From contig CAWBOC010000005.1 of NCBI GenBank assembly GCA_963790305.1, forward strand, positions 192,001-256,000: 64,000 nt of DNA, given 5' to 3'. Below are positions 48,329-58,256 of this stretch, in pieces (position 1 is the stretch's first letter; the number at the start of each line of letters is the position of its first letter). The DNA comes from an uncultured Gemmatimonadaceae bacterium (lineage in GTDB: Bacteria > Gemmatimonadota > Gemmatimonadetes > Gemmatimonadales > Gemmatimonadaceae). The position numbers were made by a program, and so were the translations under genes. The notes below the pieces were generated by a model, which worked only from the letters and a program-made list of their open reading frames with translations, was not told where the DNA came from and made no database searches.

Positions 48329-48877
48329 TCACCTCAGGTAGAGTACGCCGCTCGTAAAGTCGAACACCGCCTCTCGCTCGGCGAGGAGGTCCGCGCCGAT
48401 CACCCCATCGGCGAGCTCGATACCCTCTTCGCGCAAGCTCTGGTTCACGTGCGAGAGATCGAGCACGACCACCGGGAGCGAATCGAGATGCAGCCCGCCG
48501 AGGCGGACGTCATCGAGTCGACCGCTCAGAGCGCGCTGCGCGGGTGCGCCGAGGCCGGACACGCGGGTGCGGCTGCGGCGAAGCGAGAGGCCGAGCCTCA
48601 GCGCACTGGCGTTATCGAGGATGCTCGTCGACGCACCGGAATCGATGATGAGTGACAGCCGTTGTCCGTCAACCTGCGCCATTGCTTGATAGTGACCCGA
48701 TTTTAGCCGCCTCGTCGGGATGCCGACGTACCCCCGATCGCGCAGAACGGAATTGATCACCGACGAAGGGGTTGCGCGCGCCGCGCGATCCGGTGAACCT
48801 GCTGATGGCGTCATCGTACAGCCAATGAAGGCCGCGATCGTGCCTAGCGCGCGGAGTGCCAAAGAAGCGAATCGCAT
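48329..48877 (-). CDS. Retropepsin-like aspartic protease (probable lipoprotein)
   Basis: LIIDSGAS catalytic motif, DGVIGADLL; signal peptide with FIGC. Confidence 0.85.
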   Translation of the reverse strand: MRFASLALRALGTIAAFIGCTMTPSAGSPDRAARATPSSVINSVLRDRGYVGIPTRRLKSGHYQAMAQVDGQRLSLIIDSGASTSILDNASALRLGLSLRRSRTRVSGLGAPAQRALSGRLDDVRLGGLHLDSLPVVVLDLSHVNQSLREEGIELADGVIGADLLAEREAVFDFTSGVLYLR

Positions 48878-49001
48878 GGGGATGCCTGGAAGCGGGAGAA
48901 CGAAGGCTCATCCCTACGACACCACCGGCGCCCCGCATGTTGCGTCCTTACACAAAACTTGACGATTTCCGAGAGGCGGCTCATCAAACGCCGAGGTGTC
49001 C

Positions 49002-49409
49002 ATGAATGCGATCGCGACGACTGCCCAACCCGCTCCCTTCCTGCAGCCGCTGTGTCTCAGGACGCATCGCCTCACGAACGCGTTGATCCTGCTCCTCATC
49101 CCGGTGCAGTTCTACGCAGCGGGCTTCGGTATTTTCCGCGCCGGCAGCATGGTGCCGCATGCACTCATTGGGTATTTCCTGGTGCTGGTGGCGCTGGTGT
49201 CGCTCATCTCCGCGGCGATCGCGCGGCGAAGTCTCCCTGATCTCGGCCGCGCATTCGGCGTGCTCGTTCTCATCATCATGCAACCACTGTTGATCCATGT
49301 GCCGCGATACACGCTTCCCGAGCTGTCGGCGCTCCATCCCGTGAACGGGTTGGCGATTGGCGTGCTCGCGTTCGTCATCCATCAGCGACTTCGTACGGCG
49401 CCGCGCTGA
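49002..49409 (+). CDS. Small membrane protein (DUF6220-like)
   Basis: VQFYAAG.G.F, H...G, LHPVNGL; four transmembrane segments. Confidence 0.6.
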   Translation: MNAIATTAQPAPFLQPLCLRTHRLTNALILLLIPVQFYAAGFGIFRAGSMVPHALIGYFLVLVALVSLISAAIARRSLPDLGRAFGVLVLIIMQPLLIHVPRYTLPELSALHPVNGLAIGVLAFVIHQRLRTAPR

Positions 49410-50746
49410 TGCGCGTGAGCAGCACCCGTTCAGGGCTCTCGTCGTCGCTCGTGCGCCGGCCGGCTCTCGCGCTAGTCGCGACACTCCTGCTGAGCCCGTC
49501 GCAAGCCAGGTCGCAGCACGAGCATCCCCCAGCAGCGCCGTCCGCCCCTGTCGATCACTCGATGCACGGCATGATCGCTGGTGCGCTCGGCATCTCGCAC
49601 GCACGTATGGGATCGGGCACGACGTGGGTTCCCGACGTCACCCCTATGCGCGCGATCCATACGACGTGGGGCGACTGGTCGGTGATGCTCCATGGTGTCG
49701 CCTTTCTCCAGTACGATCGCCAGTACTCGCGCCGCGGCGACGATCAGGTTGGCCTGATCGACTGGGAGATGTTGATGCTCATGCGGCGACTCGGCCCCGG
49801 GCTTCTGCACTTGCATGCGATGACGAGTCTCGAGCCGTTCACCATCGGCGCCGAAGGCTACCCCTTGCTGCTTCAGACCGGCGAGACGTTCGAGGGGCGT
49901 CCGCTCGTCGACCGCCAGCATCCGCACGATCTCATCATGGAGCTGGCAGGAATGTACGAGCAGCCGGTCTCCGACAATCTCGCCCTCTCGGTGTATGCAG
50001 GCTTTGCCGGCGAGCCTGCGATGGGACCCGTTGCTTTCATGCACCGGCCATCGGCGCAGAGCGATCCGCTCGCGCCACTCGGCCACCATTGGCAGGACGC
50101 TACCCACATTACTTTTGGCGTCGTCACCGGCGGCATCTTCTCGCGACACTGGAAGCTGGAGGGCTCGTGGTTCAATGGCCGCGAGCCGGATGAGAATCGC
50201 TGGAACCTCGATCTCCGGCCACTCGACTCGTGGGCGGGTCGCCTAACGCTGAATCCAACACAGCGCCTGAGTCTGTCGGGATGGTATGGCTTTCTCGAGA
50301 GCCCGGAAGCCAGCGACCCCGATGAGTCGACGCGGCGCTTCGGAGCCTCGCTCCTCTTCGCGCACCCAGGCGTCGGCGGAGGCTGGTCGACGATGCTGCT
50401 CTGGGCCGCCAACGACCACGGTCACGGAGCGGAGCCCAGCTTCGCCGCCGAGAGCGATCTCCAGGTGAGGGGCCACAGTGTCTTCGCGCGCTACGAGTTC
50501 GTGCGCAAGAGCGCCGACGACCTGGTCATCGAGGGCGCGGGAGACGCGGACTTCCCGATTCATTCCTTCGTCGCCGGATACGCCCGCGACCTGGTGAGAA
50601 CGGAATCCGCGGCCATCGGCGCTGGCTTTCGAGCATCCATCAACTGGATTCCGGCATCACTCGCGGAGTCGTACGGAACGCGGAGGCCGGCCGGGATCGC
50701 GGTCTACCTCAGGGTCCGCCCGCCGGATGTGATGCTCGCGCCGTAG
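49409..50746 (+). CDS. Hypothetical exported protein, probable outer-membrane beta-barrel with His/Met-rich N-terminus
   Basis: Signal peptide, QHEH..DHSMHGM, GSGTTWVP, DRQHPHD, HHWQDATHI, alternating beta-strand pattern. Confidence 0.7.
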   Translation: MRVSSTRSGLSSSLVRRPALALVATLLLSPSQARSQHEHPPAAPSAPVDHSMHGMIAGALGISHARMGSGTTWVPDVTPMRAIHTTWGDWSVMLHGVAFLQYDRQYSRRGDDQVGLIDWEMLMLMRRLGPGLLHLHAMTSLEPFTIGAEGYPLLLQTGETFEGRPLVDRQHPHDLIMELAGMYEQPVSDNLALSVYAGFAGEPAMGPVAFMHRPSAQSDPLAPLGHHWQDATHITFGVVTGGIFSRHWKLEGSWFNGREPDENRWNLDLRPLDSWAGRLTLNPTQRLSLSGWYGFLESPEASDPDESTRRFGASLLFAHPGVGGGWSTMLLWAANDHGHGAEPSFAAESDLQVRGHSVFARYEFVRKSADDLVIEGAGDADFPIHSFVAGYARDLVRTESAAIGAGFRASINWIPASLAESYGTRRPAGIAVYLRVRPPDVMLAP

Positions 50747-51494
50747 CTGCCACCCCACCCTGCCGAAGATAGTCGGCGAAGTCGTCGGGAAGCTCGCTGG
50801 CGATGATCGCCTGTGCCGCCGCCTCGACGTCATAGTCGACTCTCACAATCTCGGCGTTGACGCTGCCCGCCTCGACATCGAGCACGACGTAGCTCGCCCG
50901 CCAGTCGCCATCCTTCGGCCGGCCGACCGAGCCTGTATTGACGTAGTGCACGCCCTCCACGACGCGATGCCACGGCACGTGCGTGTGACCGAAGCACACG
51001 ACATCGCCGGCGCGCGCGCCGAGCCCGGAGCCCATCTTCTCGAGGAACGCGTCGGAGCGATCTTGATGGACGTACACGGTGTTGAGCGTCTGGTTGCCGT
51101 GAACGAGGGTCACGGTCGGCCCGGCGACGTGGCCACCGTTAGGCCGGATGTCGATCCGAAACGGTAGCCCACCCAGAAACGCCTTGGTCCGCGGTGAGAC
51201 GTGCGCGCGCGTCCACGCATAGGAGACGTGCGACAGCTCCTCCTGCCGCGGATCTTCGTACTGGCACCCACAGTGCTTGTAGTCGGCCGCGACCGTGGAG
51301 TCATAGTTTCCCGCCACACCCGAGATGCCGGCCGCGATGAGCGTCTCGACGACCTCGTTTGGCCATGGTGCATATCCGACGAGGTCGCCCAGGTGGTACG
51401 TCGCATCTACGCCCTCGCGCATCGCGACGTCGCGCAGCACCGCCTCCAGCGCCGGCAGGTTGGCGTGAATGTCGGAGATGAGAGCGTAGCGCAT
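50709..51494 (-). CDS. Metallophosphoesterase (calcineurin-like, YfcE-type) in ars operon
   Basis: SDIHAN, GDLVGY, GNYD, GHTH, NTGSVG; internal CGC. Confidence 0.9.
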   Translation of the reverse strand: MRYALISDIHANLPALEAVLRDVAMREGVDATYHLGDLVGYAPWPNEVVETLIAAGISGVAGNYDSTVAADYKHCGCQYEDPRQEELSHVSYAWTRAHVSPRTKAFLGGLPFRIDIRPNGGHVAGPTVTLVHGNQTLNTVYVHQDRSDAFLEKMGSGLGARAGDVVCFGHTHVPWHRVVEGVHYVNTGSVGRPKDGDWRASYVVLDVEAGSVNAEIVRVDYDVEAAAQAIIASELPDDFADYLRQGGVAATARASHPAGGP

Positions 51495-51496
51495 CG

Positions 51497-51952
51497 TCAA
51501 TCGAGCGCGAGCGCCATGACCGTGGCCGAGGACGGACACGCTTCCCGGAACTCGACGGACTGCTTGACCTCGTCAGGCACCGCGTCGCGTTGCGTCGTCA
51601 CGAATCCAAAGCTCGGAAAGTAGCGGTCGGCGGTCGTCGTCAGCAGATACAGCGCCTTGATGCCGCGCGACTCGGCCTGCGCGATCGCCTGTGTGACTAG
51701 CCGTCGCCCGAGTCCGGTTCCTCGCCACTCGGGCTCGACCGCCGTGGAGCGGAGCAGCGCATACTGGTCGCAGCAGTGCTCGAGACCCACCACTCCCACG
51801 ATGCGCTTGTCGGGCTCGCTCTCGGCGACCACGAAGCCGCCGAGCGCGTCCGCGACTCCAGCCGTCGGTAACCCGCTCGACACGAGCAGCCGCTCGATCG
51901 CCGGGAGGTCGCTGCGCGTTGCGGTACGGAGCGACGCTTCGTGTGCTTGCAT
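51497..51952 (-). CDS. arsN2: Arsenic resistance GNAT N-acetyltransferase
   Basis: ALLRS.AV, G.GLG, LYLLTTTA..YF...GF, SVEF...CP.SA..M; ars operon context. Confidence 0.85.
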   Translation of the reverse strand: MQAHEASLRTATRSDLPAIERLLVSSGLPTAGVADALGGFVVAESEPDKRIVGVVGLEHCCDQYALLRSTAVEPEWRGTGLGRRLVTQAIAQAESRGIKALYLLTTTADRYFPSFGFVTTQRDAVPDEVKQSVEFREACPSSATVMALALD

Positions 51953-51975
51953 GGTCTTGTTGCCTCCAGATGACA

Positions 51976-52890
51976 CTACACGCAGCAGGGACGTCCGTCG
52001 GACCCCGTGCAGCAGCCGACGTTTGCCGTCGCGACGGGCTTCGTCGCCCGCACGAAAGCACTCACGAATTTCCCATCGATCTCACGGGCGAACTCCGCCG
52101 CGTCGAGTCCGGAGCCTTCGAGAAATGCCGCGGCATCCTCGGCGGCGTACACCCGCGTGACCTCGAGGTCGATCTGCTCGAACCCTGCATCGGCGAGGAG
52201 CGTGCGATACTCCTGCTCCTCCAGGGCACCGGCGACGCACCCGACCCAGAGCTCCATGCTCCGACGCACCGCCTCAGGCGCGTCTCCCCGTACGACGACG
52301 TCGCTCACCGCGAAGCGACCGCCCGGTTTGAGGACACGGAACGCCTCACGCAGCACCTCGCGCTTGTCGCCCGAAAGGTTGATCACGCAATTGGAGATGA
52401 TGACGTCGACCGATGCGTCGGGCAGCGGAATATGCTCGATCTCGCCCTTGAGAAAGGTGACGTTCGTCGCGCCCGCCTTTTGCCGGTTTTCTTCGGCCAG
52501 CGCGAGCATTTCGTCGGTCATGTCGAGCCCGTAGGCGTGGCCGGTGGGGCCGACGCGGCGAGCGGAAAGGAGGACGTCGATACCGCCGCCCGAGCCCAGA
52601 TCGAGGACGGTTTCGCCCTCGTGCAGCTCGGCGAGCGCCGTCGGGTTCCCACACCCTAACGACGCGAGGAGCGCCTTGGCGGGGAGGCCGGCGGTCTGGC
52701 CTTCGTCGTACAGATTGGCGGTGATCGGGTCCCAGGCCTCGGTGGTGGTTCCGCAGCATCCGCTCGATCCGCAGCAGCTGGCGCCCGACTCACCCTTGCT
52801 CGCGCGAAGAGCAGCCTGCCCGTACTTGTCCTTGACGACTGCCTGGAGCTGGGAGAGCTCCGTCTGGCTCGACTCCACTGGGGGCTTCAT
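51976..52890 (-). CDS. arsM: Arsenite methyltransferase
   Basis: [35 protein letters not shown]; terminal CC pairs. Confidence 0.95.
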   Translation of the reverse strand: MKPPVESSQTELSQLQAVVKDKYGQAALRASKGESGASCCGSSGCCGTTTEAWDPITANLYDEGQTAGLPAKALLASLGCGNPTALAELHEGETVLDLGSGGGIDVLLSARRVGPTGHAYGLDMTDEMLALAEENRQKAGATNVTFLKGEIEHIPLPDASVDVIISNCVINLSGDKREVLREAFRVLKPGGRFAVSDVVVRGDAPEAVRRSMELWVGCVAGALEEQEYRTLLADAGFEQIDLEVTRVYAAEDAAAFLEGSGLDAAEFAREIDGKFVSAFVRATKPVATANVGCCTGSDGRPCCV

Positions 52891-52905
52891 GTTCGGTCTC
52901 CGATA

Positions 52906-52921
52906 ATCAAGTTTTCTTGAT
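52906..52921. promoter_or_regulatory. ArsR operator ATCAAG-N4-CTTGAT upstream of arsM
   Basis: Palindrome identical to 53280-53295. Confidence 0.8.
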
Positions 52922-52941
52922 ATGTTGGGGAAATAAAAAGG

Positions 52942-53268
52942 TCAGCAGCACGACGAGCTGCGAGTCGGCAAGCGCCGCGCGGTTGGCTTCAGGACCGAGA
53001 GTACCGATTCCGCTTCCTCGAACGTGTCGCGCGCGAGTGCGTAGTACACCCATCGCCCTTCCTTCCGGTCGGTGAGAATGCCGGCCTCCTTGAGGGCACG
53101 CAGGTGCCACGAGAGTCGTGGCTGTGCAATGTCGAGCTCGGTCGTAAGCTCACAGACGCACCGTTCTCCGTCCCGGAGCAGGTCGATGACCTCGAGACGG
53201 ATCTCATCCGAGAGCGCGTGAAAGAGTCGCGCGGCGCGGGTGTAGTCGGTGCGTGCGGCGGTAGCCAT
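52942..53268 (-). CDS. arsR: As(III)-responsive ArsR repressor
   Basis: FHALSD..RL, ERCVCEL, LSWHL, EGRWVYY, C-terminal CC. Confidence 0.92.
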   Translation of the reverse strand: MATAARTDYTRAARLFHALSDEIRLEVIDLLRDGERCVCELTTELDIAQPRLSWHLRALKEAGILTDRKEGRWVYYALARDTFEEAESVLSVLKPTARRLPTRSSSCC

Positions 53269-53279
53269 GCCCCTATTGT

Positions 53280-53295
53280 ATCAAGTTTTCTTGAT
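53280..53295. promoter_or_regulatory. ArsR operator ATCAAG-N4-CTTGAT upstream of arsR
   Basis: Palindrome 11 nt upstream of the arsR ATG; matches the ATCAA-N6-TTGAT ArsR box. Confidence 0.8.
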
Positions 53296-53298
53296 CTG

Positions 53299-54345
53299 TC
53301 AATGGCCTCCTCGCGCCACGCCCTCCCACACCCCTTGCAGGTACACGGCGCCCAGCGCCCGGTCGAACAGCCCGTAGCCCGGACGACCGCGCTCGCCCCA
53401 AATCATCCGCCCATGATCGGGCCGCATTGGACCGCTGAAGCCCGTGTCGGCGAGCACGCGCAACACGGCCAGCATGTCGACGTCGCCGAACGCTGACGGA
53501 TGCGACGTCTCGTGAAATCGGCGCCGACCGGTTCGCTTGACGTTTCGGCAGTGAGCGAAGTGCAGACGACCGAGCTCACTGAGACGTCGTGCCATCGCCG
53601 GAAGATCATTCCCCGCATCGGCGCCGAGCGAGCCGGTACAGAAGGTGACGCCATTGGCCGGGCGATCCACCAATCGGACGAGACGCTCGAGCGCGGGAGC
53701 GTTGGTGACGATGCGCGGCAGACCAAAGATGGACCACGGCGGATCGTCGGGATGAATCGCCATGCGCACACCACTGCTCTCCGCCACCGGCACCACGCGC
53801 TCCAGGAAGTGCGCCAGGTTCTCCCACAGCCGCTCTTCGTCGATCTCGCGGTATGCCTCGAGAAGCGCGCCGAGCTTCGTGGCGTCATAGGCAGCACCCC
53901 ATCCGGGGAGGTTGCCGGTTCCGCGCGAGAGGTCGATCGCCGCTAATGCATCGTCGTCGTATGCAAGGGACGTCGAGCCGTCAGGCAGGGCACGCGCGAG
54001 ATCGGTGCGTGTCCAGTCGAAGATCGGCATGAAGTTGTAGCACAGCACCGGGACGCCGATCTCCCCCATGTGCCGCACGGAGGCGCAGTAGGCATCGATC
54101 AGCTTGTCACGCGTGGGACGTCCGAGCTTGATGTCCTCATGCACGGGGATGCTCTCGATCACCGCCAGCGAGAGGTCAGCGGCGTCGATACGCTCTGCCA
54201 GCTCGGCGAGACGATCCCTCGGCCACACTGCGCCCACAGGAAGATCGTGGAGCGCGCTCACCACCCCGCGCACGCCCGGGATCTGGCGAATGTGGGCCAG
54301 GGGGATGGGATCGTCCGGGCCGAACCAGCGGAAGGTCATCTGCAT
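53299..54345 (-). CDS. uxuA: Mannonate dehydratase
   Basis: MTFRWFG, ESIPVHEDIK, CYNFMP.FDW.RTDL, HPDDPPW, RPDHGR, GYGLFDRALG. Confidence 0.95.
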   Translation of the reverse strand: MQMTFRWFGPDDPIPLAHIRQIPGVRGVVSALHDLPVGAVWPRDRLAELAERIDAADLSLAVIESIPVHEDIKLGRPTRDKLIDAYCASVRHMGEIGVPVLCYNFMPIFDWTRTDLARALPDGSTSLAYDDDALAAIDLSRGTGNLPGWGAAYDATKLGALLEAYREIDEERLWENLAHFLERVVPVAESSGVRMAIHPDDPPWSIFGLPRIVTNAPALERLVRLVDRPANGVTFCTGSLGADAGNDLPAMARRLSELGRLHFAHCRNVKRTGRRRFHETSHPSAFGDVDMLAVLRVLADTGFSGPMRPDHGRMIWGERGRPGYGLFDRALGAVYLQGVWEGVARGGH

Positions 54346-54378
54346 CGCGATCTCAACTGGGAGCACCTCGAGCACCCT

Positions 54379-55131
54379 TCATCTCGCCATCCACCCGCCA
54401 TCCACCACGAGCATGTGCCCGTTGACGTAGTCGCTGGCGCTCGATGCGAGGAAGACCACCGCTCCCTTCAGATCGTCGGGCTCACCCCACCGACCCGCGG
54501 GTATGCGGCTCCGGATCTCGGCGAAACGCGCCGAGTCATCGCGCAGCGGCTGCGTGTTATCGGTGACGAAGTATCCCGGCGCGATCCCGTTCACCTGCAC
54601 GCCGCGCGGTCCCCACTCGTTCGCCAGCACCTTCGTGAGCCCCGCCACCGCGTGCTTGCTTGCGGTGTACGCGGCGGTGTCGATGCCACCGCTGAACGAA
54701 AGCAGCGATCCGACGTTGATGATCTTCCCCGCTCCGCGCTCGACCATCTCGCGGCCGAGGCGCTGCGCGAGGAAGAACGTCGCATCGAGATTGGTGCGCA
54801 TGACGTCGTCCCAGTCCTCCGCCGAATAGTCGAGCGCGGGATGACGCCGAATGGTTCCGGCGTTGTTCACCAGGATGTCGATATGCCCGGCGAGCCGCAC
54901 CGCCTCATCGGCCATCGCCAGCAAGGCCTGGCGGTCGGATAGCTCGGCGTGTACTTCCCACGCGTCCTTCCCCAGCGCACGCACGGACGCTGCCGTCGCA
55001 TTCGCGCCCCCCCGCCGCGAGCTGGCACAGACGACCCCCGCGCCTGCTTCAGCGAGCGCAATCGCCATGGCACGACCGAGCCCGCGGCTCGCGCCGGTGA
55101 CCAGCGCCCGCCGTCCGGCAAGCGAAAACAT
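54379..55131 (-). CDS. kduD: SDR oxidoreductase, KduD-like (2-keto-3-deoxygluconate 5-dehydrogenase)
   Basis: TGASRGLG, NNAGTIRR, YTASKH, NGIAPGY, VDGGWMAR. Confidence 0.8.
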   Translation of the reverse strand: MFSLAGRRALVTGASRGLGRAMAIALAEAGAGVVCASSRRGGANATAASVRALGKDAWEVHAELSDRQALLAMADEAVRLAGHIDILVNNAGTIRRHPALDYSAEDWDDVMRTNLDATFFLAQRLGREMVERGAGKIINVGSLLSFSGGIDTAAYTASKHAVAGLTKVLANEWGPRGVQVNGIAPGYFVTDNTQPLRDDSARFAEIRSRIPAGRWGEPDDLKGAVVFLASSASDYVNGHMLVVDGGWMAR

Positions 55132-55192
55132 CAGCGTTCGAGCTCCACGGCTGCGAGAAGAAACGCGCCGAGCGACGACGCACATCGGCGTC

Positions 55193-56520
55193 TCACGAGC
55201 GGGACGGCGCCTCCAGACGTGCCGGCTCGAGCCGCGGGACGAGGAGATGAATGACGGCCAGCGCGGTGACGTACGCCAGCCCGCAAACGATGAAGATCGG
55301 CACGTAGTCGTTCCCCGTCGCCTCCAGGACGCGGCCGGTCGCACGCTGAAAGAGCATTCCCCCCATCGCACCGCCGAATCCGCCGAGCCCCACGACCGAC
55401 GCGACGGCGCGCCGTGGAAACATGTCGCTGGCGGTCGTAAAGAGATTGGCCGACCACCATTGGTGCGCGGCAGCCGCCACGCTGACGATCGAGACGGCCA
55501 CCCACAGGCTGCCCGCGTTAGGCGCCAGCATCGTCGGCACGATCAGCAGCGCGGCAATGAGCATCGCGGTTTTGCGCCCGCGGTTCACCGTCCAGCCGCG
55601 CTTGATCAGCGCGCTGGAGAGCCATCCGCCGCCCACGGAGCCGACATCAGCCACGAGGTAGATGACGACCAGCGGCATCGCGATCTGGGCAAGCCGGATG
55701 CCGTACTCCGCGTCCAGGAATTTCGGCAGCCAGTACAGGTAGAACCACCAGATCGGGTCGGTCATGAACTTTCCGATCATGAACGCCCACGTCTGGCGAT
55801 GGCGGAGAAGGCTGCTCCAGCGAACCGCCTCCGTCGATTCCAGTGGATCGCTCCGGATGTAGGCGAGCTCCGCGGTCGTCACCTTCGGATGCACCTCCGG
55901 CGGGCGGTACATCCAGAGCCAGAACGCCAGCCAGACGAACCCGAGGGCACCGGTGACGATGAACGCGAGCGGCCATCCCCAGGTCAGCGCGATCCACGGA
56001 ACGATCAGCGGCGTGAGAATGGCGCCGACGTTGGTGCCAGCATTGAAGATCCCCGTCGCGAGCGCGCGCTCCTTCCGCGGAAACCACTCGGCCACCGCCT
56101 TGATCGCTCCCGGGAAGTTGCCCGACTCGCCGAGGCCTAACGCGGCGCGCGCGACGGAGAAGCCGGTGGCCGTTCGCGCGAAGGCGTGCCCAATCGCCGC
56201 CAGCGCTCCACGCGACGATCGAGAACGCGAACCCGAGGCGAACGCCGAAGCGGTCGAGGAGGCGCCCCATGCCGAGGAAGCCGAATGCGTAGGCGAGGCT
56301 GAACCACGAGACGATGTCGCCATACTGTGTCTCGGTCCATCCGAGCTCGCGCGAGAGGGTCGGCGCGAGGATGCCGAGCACCTGGCGGTCGATGTAGTTG
56401 ATCGTCGTCGCCGCGAACAGCAGCGCGCAGATCGTCCATCGATATCCGAGCCATCGCCCCGGAGCGGGGGCGCGCCGCCTCGGCTGCGCTCGGCATCGCT
56501 GGTGCTCCCGCGACCGTCAT
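55193..56520 (-). CDS. exuT: MFS hexuronate transporter (frameshifts near 56450 and 56203)
   Basis: [63 protein letters not shown] across three frame segments; ATGA overlap with kdgK. Confidence 0.85.
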
Positions 56521-57546
56521 CGCTGAACCCGCCCGCTCCCCTCGCCGCCGACGAGCGCCTCGACTTCGGCGACGCTGACCCGGTTGAAATCGCCCGGGAT
56601 CGAGTGCTTGAGACACGACGCCGCGGTCGCGAACTCGAGCGCCCTGGCGTCATCACGATAGGTCATGAGGCCGTAGATGAGCCCGGCACAAAACGAGTCG
56701 CCGCCTCCGACACGATCGACGATGTCGGAGATCTCGTACCGACGGCTGGTGAGGAAGCTCCCGCGCGTCGCCATCAGGGCCGACCATCCATTGACGTCCG
56801 CGCTCCGGCTCTCGCGCAGCGTGATCACCTGTCGCTCCAGATTCGGAAACTCGTCGAGCACGCGCTTCCCGATCGCGGCGTATCGCTCCGTCTCGAGCGC
56901 CCCGGAATGCACGTCGACGGCAATGTCGATGCCCAGCGCATGCTGACAGTCTTCCTCGTTGGCGATCCCCACCTGCACGTGCCTGACGAGCTCGCGCATG
57001 ACCTCGGGTGCCTTCTTGCCGTACTTCCACAGGTTCTTTCGGTAGTTGTAGTCGCAGGAGACGGTGAGGCCTTTCGCGCGCGCCGCCCGCGCCGCCTCGA
57101 GGCAGACGTCCGCGGCCGACTGGCTGATCGCCGCCGTCACACCGGTGATGTGGAACCAGCTCGCGCCGTCGAAGATCGCGTTCCAGTCGAACTCACCCGG
57201 CTTCGCCGTGGCGATCGCCGAGCCCGCGCGGTCGTAGGTGACCCGCGAGGGACGCTGGTTCGCGCCATTCTCGAGGAAGTAGATCCCGAGCCGCGTCCCC
57301 CGTGCGGCGCACGCGGCTCGTGTCGACGCCGAAGCTGCGCAGCTCGGCAATACACGCATCGCCCACGGGATTGGCGGGGATGGCCGAGATGAACGAGACG
57401 GGCACGCCGAACTGCGCGAGCGAGACAGCGACGTTCGCCTCCGCGCCGCCGAACGTCGCCTCGAGCATCGGGGACTGAAAGAGCCGTTCCGCCCCAGGCG
57501 CTTTGAGGCGAAGCATCACCTCGCCAAAGGTCACGACGCGCGTCAT
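56517..57546 (-). CDS. kdgK: 2-keto-3-deoxygluconate kinase (frameshift near 57300 at a G homopolymer)
   Basis: [39 protein letters not shown]. Confidence 0.9.
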
Positions 57547-58226
57547 GAACGGGAGGCTCCCGCTGGCGCGCGCGGCGATTCTGTATCACCGCGTGCTGCG
57601 CTGACCGCACGCGTCGTCTCGTCGCGAATGCGCTCGAAGGCTTTCGCCGCGATCCAGTCCGCCGGTGCCATCCACGACCCGCCGCAGGCGATCACCCGGT
57701 CGAACGCCAGGTAGGATCGGAGGTTGTCGGCGTTGATGCCACCGGTCGGCACGAACCGCATCATGCCGTAGGGAGCCGCGATCGCTTTCAGGTACTTCAG
57801 CCCCCCAATCGGCTCCGCGGGAAAAAACTTGACCATCGTTAGGCCGAGTGAGAGCGCGGCCTCGATGTCGGTGGGCGTGCATACGCCGGGGCACACGGGA
57901 ATGTCGTGCTCGAGACAGTGCTCCACGACCGCGGGATTGAACCCCGGTGCCACGATGAACGTCGCGCCGGCACTTCGCGCCTCGCGCGCTTGAGCCACGG
58001 TGAGCACCGTACCCGCCCCGAGGAGCAGCTCGGGCGCGGCGGCGCTCATGCGCCGCAAGGCCTCCCCCGCGCCCGCCGTCCGAAAGGTGATTTCGGCGCA
58101 GGGAAGGCCGCCGTCGATAAGTGCCCTCGCCAGCGGACCCGCGGCCGATGGATCATCGATCACGATGACCGGGACGATCTTGAGCCGGGCAAGTTTGTCA
58201 GCGAGTGGGGAGTTGCCGAGCGTCAT
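57543..58226 (-). CDS. eda: KDPG/KHG aldolase
   Basis: EITFRT, GAGTV, PG..TP, KFFPAE, PTGGI, GGSW. Confidence 0.93.
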   Translation of the reverse strand: MTLGNSPLADKLARLKIVPVIVIDDPSAAGPLARALIDGGLPCAEITFRTAGAGEALRRMSAAAPELLLGAGTVLTVAQAREARSAGATFIVAPGFNPAVVEHCLEHDIPVCPGVCTPTDIEAALSLGLTMVKFFPAEPIGGLKYLKAIAAPYGMMRFVPTGGINADNLRSYLAFDRVIACGGSWMAPADWIAAKAFERIRDETTRAVSAARGDTESPRAPAGASRS

Positions 58227-58256
58227 GAGATCATGTGAGGAAGTAGTGCATGTGGC

